From assembly GCF_009914755.1 (NCBI RefSeq), contig NC_060940.1: DNA of 64,000 nucleotides, one strand, 5' to 3'. A program made the position numbers and the translations under genes. Below the pieces are notes generated by a model. That model searched no databases and had not been told where the DNA came from. It was given only the letters and a program-made list of their open reading frames with translations. The stretch is from the human T2T-CHM13v2.0 reference genome, Homo sapiens. Of the stretch, positions 30,920 through 45,300 are shown piece by piece (positions within the stretch are counted from its first letter, which is position 1; each line of letters starts with the position of its first letter).

Positions 30920-33782
30920 TCTAGGAGTTTATCAATCTCGTTTATTCTTTCAAATAATATGCATTCTTTGTATGGACTTTTGGGTCTCAATTTCAGTTAA
31001 CTCCATGGCGATTTTAGTTATTTCTTTTTTTTCTGATAGCTTTGGTGTTAGTTTGTTCTTGTTTCTCTATTTCATCTATGTGTGATATTAGATAATTAGA
31101 GTTCTTCCTAATATTTTGAGGTAGGCATTTAGTGCTATAAACTTTTAGCACTGTTTTTGCTTTTCCAGAGATTTGGGTATTTTGTGAATCTGATTTTATT
31201 TATTTCAAAGAAATGTTTATTTATGCCTTTATTTCATTGTTAACCAAAAGTCATTCAGGAGCAAGTTAATTTCCATGTAATTGTGTGGTTTTGAGAGATC
31301 TTTTTGGTATTGATTTGTATTTTTATTCCGTTGTGGTCCGAGAGTATGGTTGATATGATTTTGATTTTTTTGAATTTATTGAGATTTGCTCTATGGCTGA
31401 GCATGTGGACAATCTTGGAGTAAGTTCTGTGTACAGATGAAAATAATGTGTATTCTGGGGTTGATGGGTGCAGTATCTTCTTAACAATTTCTTTTTAGAA
31501 GAAGTTCTTCGTTTTGATGAAGTACAATTGATCTAGTTTTTGCCTTTATAAATCTGGCTAAAAAAATCTCTGTTTAATCCAAGGTGACAAGTATTAATTC
31601 TTATATGTTCTTTGCCATATTTTGTAGTTTCAGGTTTTACCTTTATGTTTATTACACCTTTTGAATTAATTTTTGTAACAGTTATGAAGTGTGGTTTGTG
31701 GTTTTTGCATTTAGCTATTTTGATCTAGTTTTGATTTCAATTTGTTTACAGCTTTACTTATTCAAAAATATTTATTACTACTTTAATATTTAACATTTGA
31801 TTTTGTTGTAATTTTTCTTCTAATATTTTCTTCATTTTTCTCTTTTGTTATTTATGATTATTATCATTATTACATTGAAATTGCTAATTCTTGGTTATTT
31901 TGACCTATACAACTAGAAATTTTTAAGCTAGGAGGTCCCTTTTTGTTAAATTGGTTTTTAACATTCTTCATGCATGTTGTAAATTGATTTTTTGTTTCAT
32001 TTTTTTCTTCAATTACTTGTTTGCCTCCGAGTTGTCATTCTAAAACATAAATAGGATTTCAGCATTTAAATGTGAAGACTTGAAGGCATACCTTTTGAAC
32101 GAATATATGAGAATTACATTCATGAGAAAACTATCATTTAGGTCAATAAAATTACTGTCACTTCTGCCCAAAAATTGTTACAAGATGAAGACATGGAGCA
32201 GCTATAGTTCAAGGCCTTATGGCAAAACAATTTAAAATTAGCTTTCAAATTTCCTCCTTTTTTATCAATTTGTAAAAATGAGCACTACCTCTTGAAAATG
32301 CAAGGTTGAATAATCAAACGTGTTCTGCAAGAGAAGCAAAAAAGTCAAAGTCTTAAGTATTTTGATATTAAAATCCAACATTTATTTTAGCAGAGAAAAT
32401 AAGCTGGATTTTTCTAAAATGGGTCCTCATTGACATATCTATTGTTACATTAAGAAATATAAGTACTTATGCCTTCACTATTCCACCCAACCCTAACATT
32501 CCTGGGTTTGCTATGAGTATTTAGGACTTGAAAGAAAAAAAATCTAATCATTAGATTCTAGTCTAACTCCCTGTGTTATGTATAAGCAATTTCCCTAATC
32601 AGTAATTCTATAGCATCTCCTTAATGTCCCTAAATGTCACCATTAATGGGGAGCTTATTCTCTTCCAAGGGCATACGTTCCATAGTTTTTCTTTACACTC
32701 ATTTTTTTATTATTATTATTACTCCCACCCCTAGCCATCTGGGACCACTTGGACATAGCCTAACTCCATCCCACAAGAAAGTCTTTGGGATTGTTGTTAG
32801 TAGTACATATATCCAGAGAGGTCTATTTTCTAATCTAACAAGACCCTGATGTTTGACTCTTAATCTTGAGAAATGGTTTTAAAACCCTTTACGACTTAGA
32901 TAGATGTGAATTTGTCAGTGCTGTTGGAAAACAGATGTATTCATATCTACAAACAAATTCTAAAGTTATGGTGCAACCAGGGAAGACAGAAATTATCTCC
33001 TCTTTTATTTTTCTGAAGAAATAAAGAACTGTACTTGGAAAATAAAAAAAGATATTACAGTATATTAGTGCAATATTGAAAGTACTGTGCAGGTAGGCTA
33101 GGATAATGTCTGCAGGAACACATAGTCAGAACTTCTATCTGCTCAACATTCCTGTTTTATCCTCCGTGTTCTCTATGCCTTTTCTTTAAGAAAGCCATTC
33201 TGTTGGCAGAATTTTGGCTGCCCCTTCTACCTCACTCTGTGTGACCTAGGCATGTCAAACACTAATATGCCAATCTCTGCTCATTGGGATTAGAGATTGC
33301 CATGTACATCAAGGCAACCCAACCTTCTCTTGGACTTTGTTAGAACCATCAAGGAAGAGGTGCTCTTTTTTTTTTTTTTCATAGCATTATGAGCTTGAAG
33401 AATAATGGAAACCTGGAGCAGCTGAAGGCTGTGATCATTGGTTTTATGTGTCAACTGGGCTAAGCCATGAAATCCAGATATTTGATCAAGATTATTCTAA
33501 ATGTTTCTGAGAAGATATTCTTTAGATGAGGCTAACATTTAATTTTTTCACATGAAACAATCTTTCTGATAAATCAATAGACAATCCTATTTATAATAGC
33601 GTCAAAAAGAATGAAATACTTAGGAATAAATTTAAGGAGGTGAAAGATGTATGCATTGAAAACTGTAAAACATCAATCAAAGGAATTGAAGATAACAGAA
33701 ATACATAGAAAAATAGTCACTTTTCATGGATTGGAAGAATTATGTCCACATTATCCAATGTGATATACAAACTTAATTCAGC

Positions 33783-34185
33783 TTTGTTACATAGGTATAC
33801 ATGTGCCATGGTGGTTTGTAGCACTTCCCATCACCTAGGTTTTAAGCCCCACATCTACTAGCTATTTGTCCTGATGCTCTCCCTCCCCTTCCCCCACACT
33901 GTCCCAACAGGCTCTGGTGTGTGTTTTTCCCCTCCCTGTGTCCATGTGTTCTCATTGTGCAACTGACACTTATGAGTGAAAACATGTGGTGTTTGGTTTT
34001 CTGTTCCTATGTTACTTTGCTGAGGATGATGACTTCCAGCTTCATCCATGTCCCTGCAAAGGACCTGATCTCATTCCTTTTTGTGACTGCATAGTATCTT
34101 TATAATGGAATGATTTATATTCCTTTGAGTATATACCCAGTAACAGAATTGCTGGGTCAAATGTTATTTCTGATTCTAGATCCTT
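33783..34185 (-). mobile_element. L1PA-type 3' end fragment
   Basis: tttgttacataggtatacatgtgccatggtggttt...tccagcttcatccatgtccctgcaaaggac. Confidence 0.9.
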
Positions 34186-35179
34186 GCTCTTAATACTGTT
34201 TTGGCTAAATCTCAGAGATTTTAGAAAGTTGTGTCCCTATTTTGATTAATTTTACAGAACTCTTTATATCTGCTTTAACTTCAGTGTACACCCAGGAGTT
34301 ATTCAGGAGTAAGTTGTTTAATTTCCTTGTATTTGTGTAGTTTTGAGAGCTTTCTTGGGATCGATTTCTGTTTTTATTGCTCTGTGGTATGAGAGTGTAC
34401 TTGGTGCAATTTCTTATTTTTAAAATTTGTTGAGTCTCACTTTATGACTTAGAATATATTCTATGTACAGATGAGAAGAATGTACATTTTGTAGTTGTTG
34501 GGTGGAGTGTTCTGTAGATGTCTGTTAGGTCCACTTAATCAAGTGTTGAGTTTAAGTCCAGAGTTTCTTTGTTAGATTTTTGCCTGTATAATTTGTCTAA
34601 AACTGTCAGTGGAGTGTTTGTCTTCCCCTATTATTGTGTGCTTGTTTAAGTCTTTTTATAGGCCAAGACGGAGCTATTTTATGAATCTGGGTGCTTGAAT
34701 GTGGGGTGTGTATATATTTAGGATAGTTAAGGCTGCTTGTTGTATTGTACCCCATATCATTATATAGTGCCCTTCATTGTTCTACTTTATTTTTATTGGT
34801 TTAAAATCTGTTTTGGCCAGGTGTGGTGGCTCATGCCTATAACCCAAGCACTTTGGGAGGCCAAGATGGGAGTATTGCTTGAGGCCAGGAGCTTGAAACC
34901 AGGTTGGGCAACAAAGTGAGACCCTGTCTCTACAAAAAAACAAACAGCAACAAAAACAACAAAAAAATTACCCAGGCATGGTGGCATGGGCTTGTGTTCT
35001 CAAGTACACAGGAGGCTGAAGCAGGAGAATCACTTAAGCCCAGGAGGTTGTAGCTGCAATGAGTCATGTGTGTGCCACATGACACTGAACTCAAGCCTGG
35101 GTGGCAGAGTAAGATCCTGTGTAAAAAATTAAATAAATGAATAAAGTCTGTTTTATTTGATGTAATAATAACAACTCCT
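34186..35179 (-). mobile_element. L1 ORF2 (endonuclease-region) fragment, antisense, containing an Alu
   Basis: ttattcaggagtaagttgtttaatttcc...tttatgaatctgggtgct...tatatatttaggatagtta. Confidence 0.85.
34815..35141 (+). mobile_element. AluJ-type
   Basis: Dimer; TSD taaaatctgtttt (34802-34814) / taaagtctgtttt (35142-35154). Confidence 0.92.
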
Positions 35180-35184
35180 AATCC

Positions 35185-37478
35185 ACTAGGCATTATTCCT
35201 GGGAGGCAAGATGGTTTCAACATGGGCAAAACAATGAATGTGATTCATCGCGTACACAGAATCAAAAGCAGAAACCACATGATCATCTCAATAGATGCGG
35301 AAAATGCTTTCAATAAATTCCAACATCTCTTCATAACAAAAACCCTCAACAGGCTAGGCCTTGAAGGGACGTATGACAAAATAATAAGAGCCATCTGAGA
35401 CAAACTCATAGCCAACATCACACTGAATGGGCAAAAGCTCAAATCATTTGCCTTGAGAACTGGAGCAAGACAAAGATGCCAATTTTCACCACTCCTATTC
35501 AATATAGTACTGAAAATCCTAGCCAGAGCAATCAGACAAGAAAAAGAAATAAAATGTATCCAAATAAGAAAATGAGAAGTCATGCTTTCTCTTCACTGAC
35601 GATATGATTCTAGACCTAGAAAATCCTAAAGATTCTGCCAAAAGTCTCCTAGTACTGGTAAAGTTTCAGGACACAAAATCAATGTACAAAATCTGTAGCA
35701 TTTCTATACACCAATAATGTCCAGGCTGAGAGTGAAATCAAGAACACAATCCTACTTCAATAGTCACAAGAAATGAAATACTTAGAAACACAGCTAACCA
35801 AGGAGGTGAAAGATCTCTGCAAAGCAAACTATGAAACAATGCTGAAAGAAATAAGAGATGACACACATAAATGGAAAAAATTCCATGCTCATTGATTGGA
35901 AAAATCAATATTGTTAAAATGGTCATACTTCCCAAAGCAAATTACAGATTCAATGCTATTTTTACCAAACTATCAATGTCATTTTAGAATAGCTAAAAAC
36001 TATTCTAGAATTCATATGGAACAAAAAATCAGTGTGAATAGCCAATCCTAAGCAAAAAGAACAAAGCCAGAAGCATCATACTACCCAACTTCAAACTACA
36101 CTATAAAGCCACAGTAACCAAAACAGTATGGTACAGGTACAAAAAACAGACACAATGGAACAGAATAGAAAACTCAGAAAGAAAGCTGCATACCTATAGT
36201 CATCTAATTTTTGATAAGGCCTACAAAAACAAGCAATGGAGAAAGACTCTATTCAAAAAATGGTGCTGAGATAAGTGACTGGCCATCTGAAGAAGATTGA
36301 ATTTGGACCCTTACCTTTCACCATATAAAAAAGTTAACTCAAAATGAATTTAAGCTTTAAATGTAATACCTCAAACTATAAAAATCCTGAAAGACAACCT
36401 ATGAAACACCATTAAGGACATTGGCCTAGGCAATGAAATTTCAACTGAGTTCCCCACAACAATTGCAAGAAAAACAAAAATAGACAAGTAGGACCTAATT
36501 AAAGAAGTTCTGCACAGTAAAAGAAACTATGAATAGAGTAAACAGACAACTTACATAATAGAAGAAGATATCTGTAAATTATGCATCTGACAAAGTTCTA
36601 ATATTCAGAAACTATAGGAAACTTAAATCAACAGGAAAAAAATAACTTCATTAAAAATGAGCAAAAGACATGAACAGACACTTCTGAAGAGACGATGTAC
36701 AAGTGGCCAACAAATATTTAAAAATGCTGCACAACAACTAATCTTCAGAGAAATGCTAATCGAAACCACAATGAGATACCATCTCACACCAATCAGAATG
36801 TCTATTGTTGAAAAGTAAAAATAAAATAACAGAGGCTGGTGAGAATGTGGAGAAAAGGGAATTGCTGATACACTGCTGGTGGGAATATAAGTTAGTTTAG
36901 CCACTGTGGAAGGCAGCGTGGAGATTTCTCAAAAAACAGAACTACCATTAGACCTAGCAATTCCATTAATAGGTATATATCCAAAAAAATATAAGTTATT
37001 CTACCATGAAGACACATGCACACGTATGTTCATCACATTACTATTCACAATAGCAAAGACATGGAATCAGCCTATATGCCCATCAATGGTGGAGTAAATA
37101 GAGAAAATATGGTACACATACCCCATGGAATACTATGGAGTCATAAAAGAGAATGAAATCATGTCCTTTGTAATAACATGGATGGACCCACAATTGTAAG
37201 TGAATGAACGCAGAAACAGAAAACCAAATATCACATGTTCTCACTGTAAGTGGGAGCTAAACATTGAGCACAGATGGACATAAATATAGGAACAGTGACA
37301 ATGTGGACTACTACAGAGTGGATGGGAGTGTAGGATAAAAAACTATTTATTAGGTACTATGCTCACTACCTGGGTGACAGGATCTATACTCCAAACCTTA
37401 GCATCACAAAATATTCCCATTTAATAAGCCTGCACATGTACCCTTGTATCTAAAATAAAATTTGAAATAAATAAAATA
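35185..37478 (+). mobile_element. L1 (L1PB/old L1PA-like) RT region through 3' UTR, ORF2 disrupted
   Basis: gatcatctcaatagatgcggaaaatgcttt ([11 protein letters not shown]-like) and actgacgatatgatt (ADDM-like) motifs; 3' UTR ending taaaataaaa. Confidence 0.93.
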
Positions 37479-38005
37479 ATGTTGAGCATACTAAATATCT
37501 ACATGCAAAAAATGAAATGGAACTCTTATCTTACACCACACATAAAAGTCAACACAAAATGGCTAAAAGATCTAAATATATGACCTGAGAATGCAAAACT
37601 CTTAGAAGAAAACACAGGAGAAAAACCTCCTTGATATTGACTTTGGCAATAATTTTTAAAAATATTCCATCAACAGTTCAGGCAACAAAAGCAAAAATAA
37701 ACTAGTGAGACTACATCAACCTAAAAGCTTTTGCACAACAAAGGAAACAATCAACAAAATGTAAAGGGAGCCTATGAATTGGGAGAAATTTGCAAACCTT
37801 ATATCTGTTAGGAGGTTAATATCCAAAATACATAAAGAACTCAGACAACTCTATAGCAAGAAAACAAATAACCCAATTAAAACATGAACAAATGACCTGA
37901 ACAGAATTTTCTCAAAAGAAGACATACAAAAGGCCAACAGGTACATTTAAAAAAATGCTCTGCTTAGTATCACTAACCATCAGGGAAATATGAATAGTAT
38001 GTTAA

Positions 38006-38782
38006 TGTATTGTTACACTGCTATAAAGAAATACTTGATTCTGGGTAATTTATAAAGAAAAGAGGTTTAATCAGTTCACAATTGTGTGGATGCACAAGCT
38101 TCTGCCTCTGGTGAGGCCTCAGGAAACTTACAATCATAGTGGAAGACAAAGGGGAAGCAGTCACATCTTTCCATGATGGAGCAGGAGACACAGAGCAAAG
38201 GGAGAAGTGCTACACACTTTTAAACAACCAGATCTCATTTAAACACACTCACTATCATAAGAACAGCAAAGGGGAAGTCCACACCATGATCCAATCACCT
38301 ATAGTCAGACCCCTCCTCTGACACTGAGGATTCGAATTTGACATGAGCTTTGAGGGGAGACACAGAGCCAAACCATATTATTCCACCCCTGGCGCTCCCA
38401 AATCTCATGTCCTTCTCACATTTCAAAACACAATCATACCTTCACAACAGTCCCCGAAAGATTTTACTCATTCCAGAATTAACTCAAAAGTCCAAGTCCA
38501 AAGTCTCATATGAGAAAAGGCAAGTCTCTTCCACCTATGCGCATGTAAAATCAAAAACAAGTTAGTTACTTCCAAGACACAAATGGGGGTACAGGCATTG
38601 GGTAAATGCTCCTATTCTGAAAGGGAGAAATTGGCCAAAACAAAGGGGCTACAGGTCCCATGCAAGTCTGAAGCCCGGTAGGGGAGTCATTAAATCTTAA
38701 AGCTTAAAATAATCTCATTTGACTCCATGTCTCACATCCAGGCCACACTGATGTAAGGGGTGGGTTCCCAAGGCCTTGGGCA
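38006..38782 (-). mobile_element. MST LTR (~38006-38380) plus truncated MST internal sequence
   Basis: LTR ending gccaaaccatatta, followed by ttccacccctggcgctcccaaatctcatgtcc (MaLR internal). Confidence 0.88.
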
Positions 38783-39387
38783 AATAGTGTATTTTTAAAA
38801 TGTTAAGCATCACAAATCATTAGGGAAATACAAATTAAAAGCACAATGGGATATCACGTCATACCTTTTAGATTGGTTATCATAAAAAAGATAAAAGGAA
38901 AGGGTGTAGAGAAAAGGAAGCTCTTATATGCTGTTGGCGGGAATGTAAATTGATATAGCCATTATGAAAAATATTATGGAGGACCCTCAAATAATTAAAG
39001 ATAGAACTACCATATGACCCATCAGTCCCTCTGTTAGGTATATACCTAAAGGAATTAAAACCAGCACCTCATAGAGGTGGCCATATCCCCGTATTCATTG
39101 CAGTTATTTGCAATAGCCAAAGTACGGAAACAACTGAAGTGTCCACAGACAAATGGATAAAGAAATAATAAAGAAATTGTGGTGTACACACAGACACACA
39201 CGAAGAAATTTTATTCAGCCTTAAAGGAGATATTGCCATTTGTGGAAAAATGAATGAAACTGGAGAATATTATACTAAGCAAAATAAGCCAGACACAAAG
39301 AAAAATACTGCATGATCTTACTTATATGTGGAATTAAAAAAATAGGGAGAATAAATAGAAACAGAGAGTAGAATGATAGTTACGAGG

Positions 39388-39755
39388 TGTATTAGTCTGA
39401 TAATACACCTGGGTACCCGAGACTGGGCAATTTACAAAAGAAAGAGGTTTAACCGGACTTACAGTTCCACGTGGCTGGGGAAGCCTCACAATTATGGTGG
39501 AAGGCAATAAGGAGCAAGTCCTGTCTTAGGTGGATGACAGCAGGCAAAGAGAGAATGGGGGAGACACAAAAGCAGAAACCCCTGATAAAACCATGAGAAC
39601 TTGTGAGACTTATTCACTACCATGAGAACAGTATGAGGGAAACTGCCCCCATGATTCAATTATCTCCCACTGGGTCCCTCCCACAACATGTGGGAATTAT
39701 GGGAGTACAATTCAAGATGGGATTTTGGATGGGAACACAGAGCCAAACCATATCA
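39388..39755 (-). mobile_element. THE1 solo LTR
   Basis: tgtattagtc...gccaaaccatatca. Confidence 0.9.
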
Positions 39756-39917
39756 TCATGGGTGGAAATGGGGAGAAGTAGGTCGAGGATACACATTTGC
39801 AATAACGTAGGATGAATAAGTTTAGCAATATAAAGTAGAGCCTGAGAGCTATAGTTCATAATATTATATTGTATAGTGAAATTTTGCTGAAAGAATATCT
39901 TTGAGGTGCTCTTACCA

Positions 39918-39920
<3 letters not shown>

Positions 39921-39948
<28 letters not shown>
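39921..39948. repeat. (CA)n microsatellite
   Basis: Direct reading. Confidence 0.95.
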
Positions 39949-39951
<3 letters not shown>

Positions 39952-40529
39952 GTGTGCGTGTGGAAGATGATGAATTTATAGTAATCATTTCACTGTGTAT
40001 ATGTATATATCAAAATATCATACTGTAAACCTCAAATATGTTCAATAAACATAAATTTTAAAACAAGAAAAAACATTTTAAAACAAGAAAAAAACATCTA
40101 AATTAGTAGGCTTTGAGCAAAGCAGATTACTCCATGTTGTGGGTAGGCTTCGTCCAATCAGTTGAAGTCTTTAATAGAAAAAGACTAAGCTTATTGTTAG
40201 AAGTAAGAATTCTTCGTGCAGACTGCCTTTGGACTGGCACTGCCATTTTTCCCTTCCAGCTGCCACAATCTGGTGAGTTCTGACTAATGCAGGCCAACCT
40301 TTCCTCCACGGGGAGGAAGAATAAACACCCATACAGACATGGGAATGTGCACATGTATACATGTGAAAGCAGTTTATAAACTTAAACTGTAATCAAGATA
40401 CATACATGATTGCGCTACAGAATTTCACCCACTTCCATTTAAACACGTCACAAACATTTTCTATGTCATCATGTTAGTAAATCATTTTTGAATCATCATT
40501 TTGTTTTTTATTTTTGAATTTTTAAAAAT

Positions 40530-41320
<791 letters not shown>

Positions 41321-43049
41321 CATCACTTTTAATAGCTACATATTAATTTACGAGTAAAATTTGCCACATTTACTTAACTCATATCATGTTGCTGGACACT
41401 TAATTTGCTTCTGATACCACTGACCACTCTTGTGAATACATATATGCAAGTACTTTTTCCACATTTGGATTATATCCAAATATTTGGATGTATTTCTATA
41501 TTTGAATGATGTCCAAATATAGGTAGATAAATTCTCAGAGGTAGGATGACTGCTCTTGAGGCCATTGAGCTTAGGATTCACATTTTCAAATTGATTTTCC
41601 AAAGAAGAATACCAATTTACACTTCGGCCATCAAAACATTAACGTTTGTTTCTCTGAGTTCTTGCCAGTACTAGTATTATAATTTTAACTGTTTTGTTTG
41701 TTTTTATCTTGGTTTCTTTGAAATGTAGCAGTTGAAACACTACCTTAGTCTAGTATACATTTATTTCATTACTCATGGTTGGTAGAGATATAATTTTTCT
41801 GGGTTGTTTCTAGTCTGTTGCACTTACTCTTTTGTAGTTTGTTCATAATATTTACTCATTTTTCTGTTAGTGCCTTATTGATTTATGTGAGCCATCTGGA
41901 CGTTAAAGATATCATCCCCTTTCTTGCTATATTTCACTCAAATATTTTCCCTTCTCTTTATTTTGCCTTTCCAGTTCAGTTTCCTTTGCTCTTGGTATTC
42001 CCATTGCTTGAAATGTTCTTGCACCAGATGTCTGTGTGATTAGCTGCTTAACCTCTTCAGGACTTTACTCAAATATCACCTTCTCACAGAGGCCCCTTTT
42101 GGCCAGGCTGTATAAAACACGAGCACCTTCTCCCCAAACTAAAGATCTCTTTCCACTCTTTTCTCTCCTTAATATTCATCACTATTTAACTACATATACC
42201 TTTAATTATAACTGTAACTATATATGTATGTGTGTGTATGTAGACAGATTTTTTTAACCGATTTGTTGTAAAAGGGGGCCTATTTTCTGACCCTTTTTAT
42301 GACACCCCCACCAGAATGATATAGCAGAATATTATCATTCAATACTAATTGGAGCTGATTTGCTTTATATTTTCATTTCCACTCTCTCCCATTTTAAAAT
42401 GGATGCCAGAGTGTTTTATATTTCTTGCCTCAAGGATATTTGCCCTGCAGAAAGCAGACATAGCCTGAAGTCAAATAGCTTTTCAACATATTTTATAAAA
42501 GATTAAATCCAATAAGATAATAGCAGTGAGAGGGAAAATGTTTAATGCTCGACCTCCTCTCTCAGCTAAGACAAAGAGATGTAATGTCCATCTGACTGAG
42601 CTGACCCATAGTCGGCTCATTGGCAGAACCCCAGGGAATCAGGCATCTGTCAGAGGAGATGGAATGAGGTGGTGTGTAGCCAAGACAGGACTCTGTTCAC
42701 TGACAGCCAACCCCTGAGAGGAACTACTTCATCTAAATGTGTCAGGCTTGACTGGGGACATGAAGGAAATATTTGAATGGGATAATAAACTAAGGCTCTT
42801 TTTGATCATCTCCAAATAAAAAAAGTTTTATCTGTTAACTGTAATAGGCTTATTACTGTTATTTTAAACTGAATTAATAAATACATATTTAATTTTTTCA
42901 ACCCTAAATGATAAAGGCAAAGACCAATAAATAGATATAACAAACAGATACAAGATCTCTTTGGGGTTCTCATTATTTTTAAGTGTGTAAAGGGATCCTA
43001 AGACAAAAAAAAATGAGAATCTTTGTTTTTCATCCTCTGATTAAAAGCT

Positions 43050-45300
43050 TGAAATTTTTAGATTGGTAAGAAACACAGTAGTTGGCCAGGCATGATGGCT
43101 CATGCCTATAATCCTAGCACTTTGGGAGGCTAAAGTGGGCAGATCACTTGAACCTAGGAGCACGAGACTAGCCTAGGCAAAATAATAAGACCTCATCTCT
43201 ACAAAATATACAAAAATTAGCTCAGTGTGGTGGTGCATGCCTATAGTCCCAACTACTTAGGAGACTGAGGTGGCCTGAGCCTGGGAGGTGAAGGTTACGG
43301 TGAACCGCGATTGTACCACAGCACTCCAGCCTGGGCAATGGAGACCCTGTCTCAAAAAAAAAAAAAAAAGAAAAAAGAAATAAAACAAACAAACAAACAT
43401 TTTTTAAAAACACAGCAATCATGCTATCTACAAATAACCTGTTTTCGAGGAAAAGATATACATAATTTAAAAGTTAAAGAATGGGACATCATGCAAAATA
43501 GCATCTCATGTAAATACTAAGAAAAAATTGGCTAAATGAATATCAGATCAAAGAATATTACCAGAGATAAGATATTATGACTGCCTTATGTATATTCACC
43601 TTATAAAAGAGTTTCAAAATACATGAAGTAAAAATAAATAGGACTAAAAGAAGAAATGGAGGAATCCACGATTATAGTTAAAAATTTCAACAGTTCTCTC
43701 TCAGTCATTCATAGATCATTAAAGAGAAAATTGATAAGAATATAGCAGACTTGAACATTATCTACCAATTTTAACTAATTAACATTTGTAGAAAGTCCAT
43801 CCAATAAACATACTTCCAAGCACTCATGGAATGTTTAGCAAGATAGGCCAAACTTTGGTCCCATAACACAAGTCACAAAAAAATCACAAACATCAAAATC
43901 ACAGAGTATTTTCTCTGATCACAATGAAATTAAACTAAAAATAAAAACAGAAAGGCATATAGAAAATCTTTAAATATTTGACATGAGTCAATAAAGAAAT
44001 CCCAAGGGAAATTATAAAATATTTGAACTAAATGAAAATGACAAAGCAGCATATCAAAATTGTAGATGCAGGTAAAACAGACCTTGGAAGGAAATTTTTA
44101 GCATTAAATGTTTATACTAGTAAGACAGAGAGGTTTAAAATTAATAGTCTAAGCTACTGGTTTAAGAAACTAGACAACAAACACCAAATTAAGGGCAAAG
44201 TGGGAAGGAAGAAATCATAAAAATAAAAAGAGAACTCAGGAAAATAAGAAATGGACAAGCAATAATGTCAATGAAATCAAGGGCTGCTCTTTCAAAAATA
44301 CAATAAAACAAGATACATTTCTAGACAAATGGACAGAGAAAACAAATAAAAAGCACAAAATACTAGCAAAATACAAGACACAAGTCCTTTGGATGCCCTC
44401 TAAACACTAAATGGAAAATAAGGGGATATTGTGAACAGCTTCATGCCTTTAATTCAATAATGTGGATAACATAGACAAACTCCTTGAAAGACACACGGTA
44501 TCAAAACTTACTCAAGAAGAAACAGGTAACCTGAATAGCTTCATATCTAGTAAATAAATTGAATTTGTAGTAAAAAGCCTTCCCATAAAGCAAACTCCAG
44601 AACCAGATGGCTTCCTTGGTGAATACTCACACACAGTTTAAGTGGAAAGAATACAAATTCTACATGAGCTCTACCAGAAAATAAAAGAGGAGGGACCACT
44701 TCTCAAGTAATCTTAAGAAAACAGAATCAACCTGAATCACACAAGGACTTACAATAAATGAAAAGGACAGTCCAATACACTTCATTAATATAAATGTAAA
44801 TACCTTCAATGCAATTTTAGCTAATCATGTACAGAAACACATTGTTAAAATGACTAATATACATATTATGACCACATGAGTTTTGTCTCAAGAATGCAAA
44901 TTTGGTTGAAATTTGAAAATCAAGCAATTAAAACTTGTACTACTTGACTTCAAAATTTTGTATAAAGCTATAGTAATTAAGGAAACATTGTATTGGTGTC
45001 AGGATAGGCATATAAATCAAGGAGACAGAAAAGCAAATCAAGAAATAGACCCATGCTTACATGGTTGATTGTTGTTGTTTTTAGCAAAGATACCATGGTA
45101 ATTCACTAAGAAAAGGATGTTGTTTTTAATGCAATCCTCACTAAGGAGGACTTTTCTGAGGATACATACGAAGAATAGGGTTTTCAATAAAGACTTGTAA
45201 CAGTTGAATATCTGTATGAACATATTCTGATCCTTATCTCACACTACCTACAGAAATAATTTGAAATTTTTTACATAAAATCAGTGGAAAAAATCAAAAA
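43050..45300 (+). mobile_element. Old L1M ORF2 fragments with an AluJ at 43084-43400
   Basis: tgctatctacaaataac..., ttctctgatcacaatgaaattaaacta, ccagaaccagatggcttc; the Alu is flanked by an aaacacag duplication. Confidence 0.82.

Larger units (their letters stand above)
30040..31475 (-). mobile_element. L1 ORF2 fragment, host of the Alu and microsatellite
   Basis: ttgttagtctagctagtggtc...aagtcattcaggagcaag...gtggtccgagag...aatgtgtattctg. Confidence 0.8.
37479..40060 (+). mobile_element. L1MA-type 3' region interrupted by MST and THE1 elements
   Basis: aagcttttgcacaacaaaggaaacaatcaac...gaactaccatatgaccc...tcatactgtaaacctcaaatatg. Confidence 0.85.
33430..40300 (+). mobile_element. MLT2 (ERVL) LTR split into 33430-33542 and ~40093-40300 by nested insertions
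   Basis: 5' part tgtgatcattggttttatgtgtcaactgggctaagcc...gatgaggctaacatttaa resumes as aacatctaaattagtaggctttgagcaaagcagatt...ccaatcagttgaag. Confidence 0.78.

Noticed and set aside
35185-37478. Possible active L1
   Set aside because: 5'-truncated, with many stops and frameshifts in ORF2.
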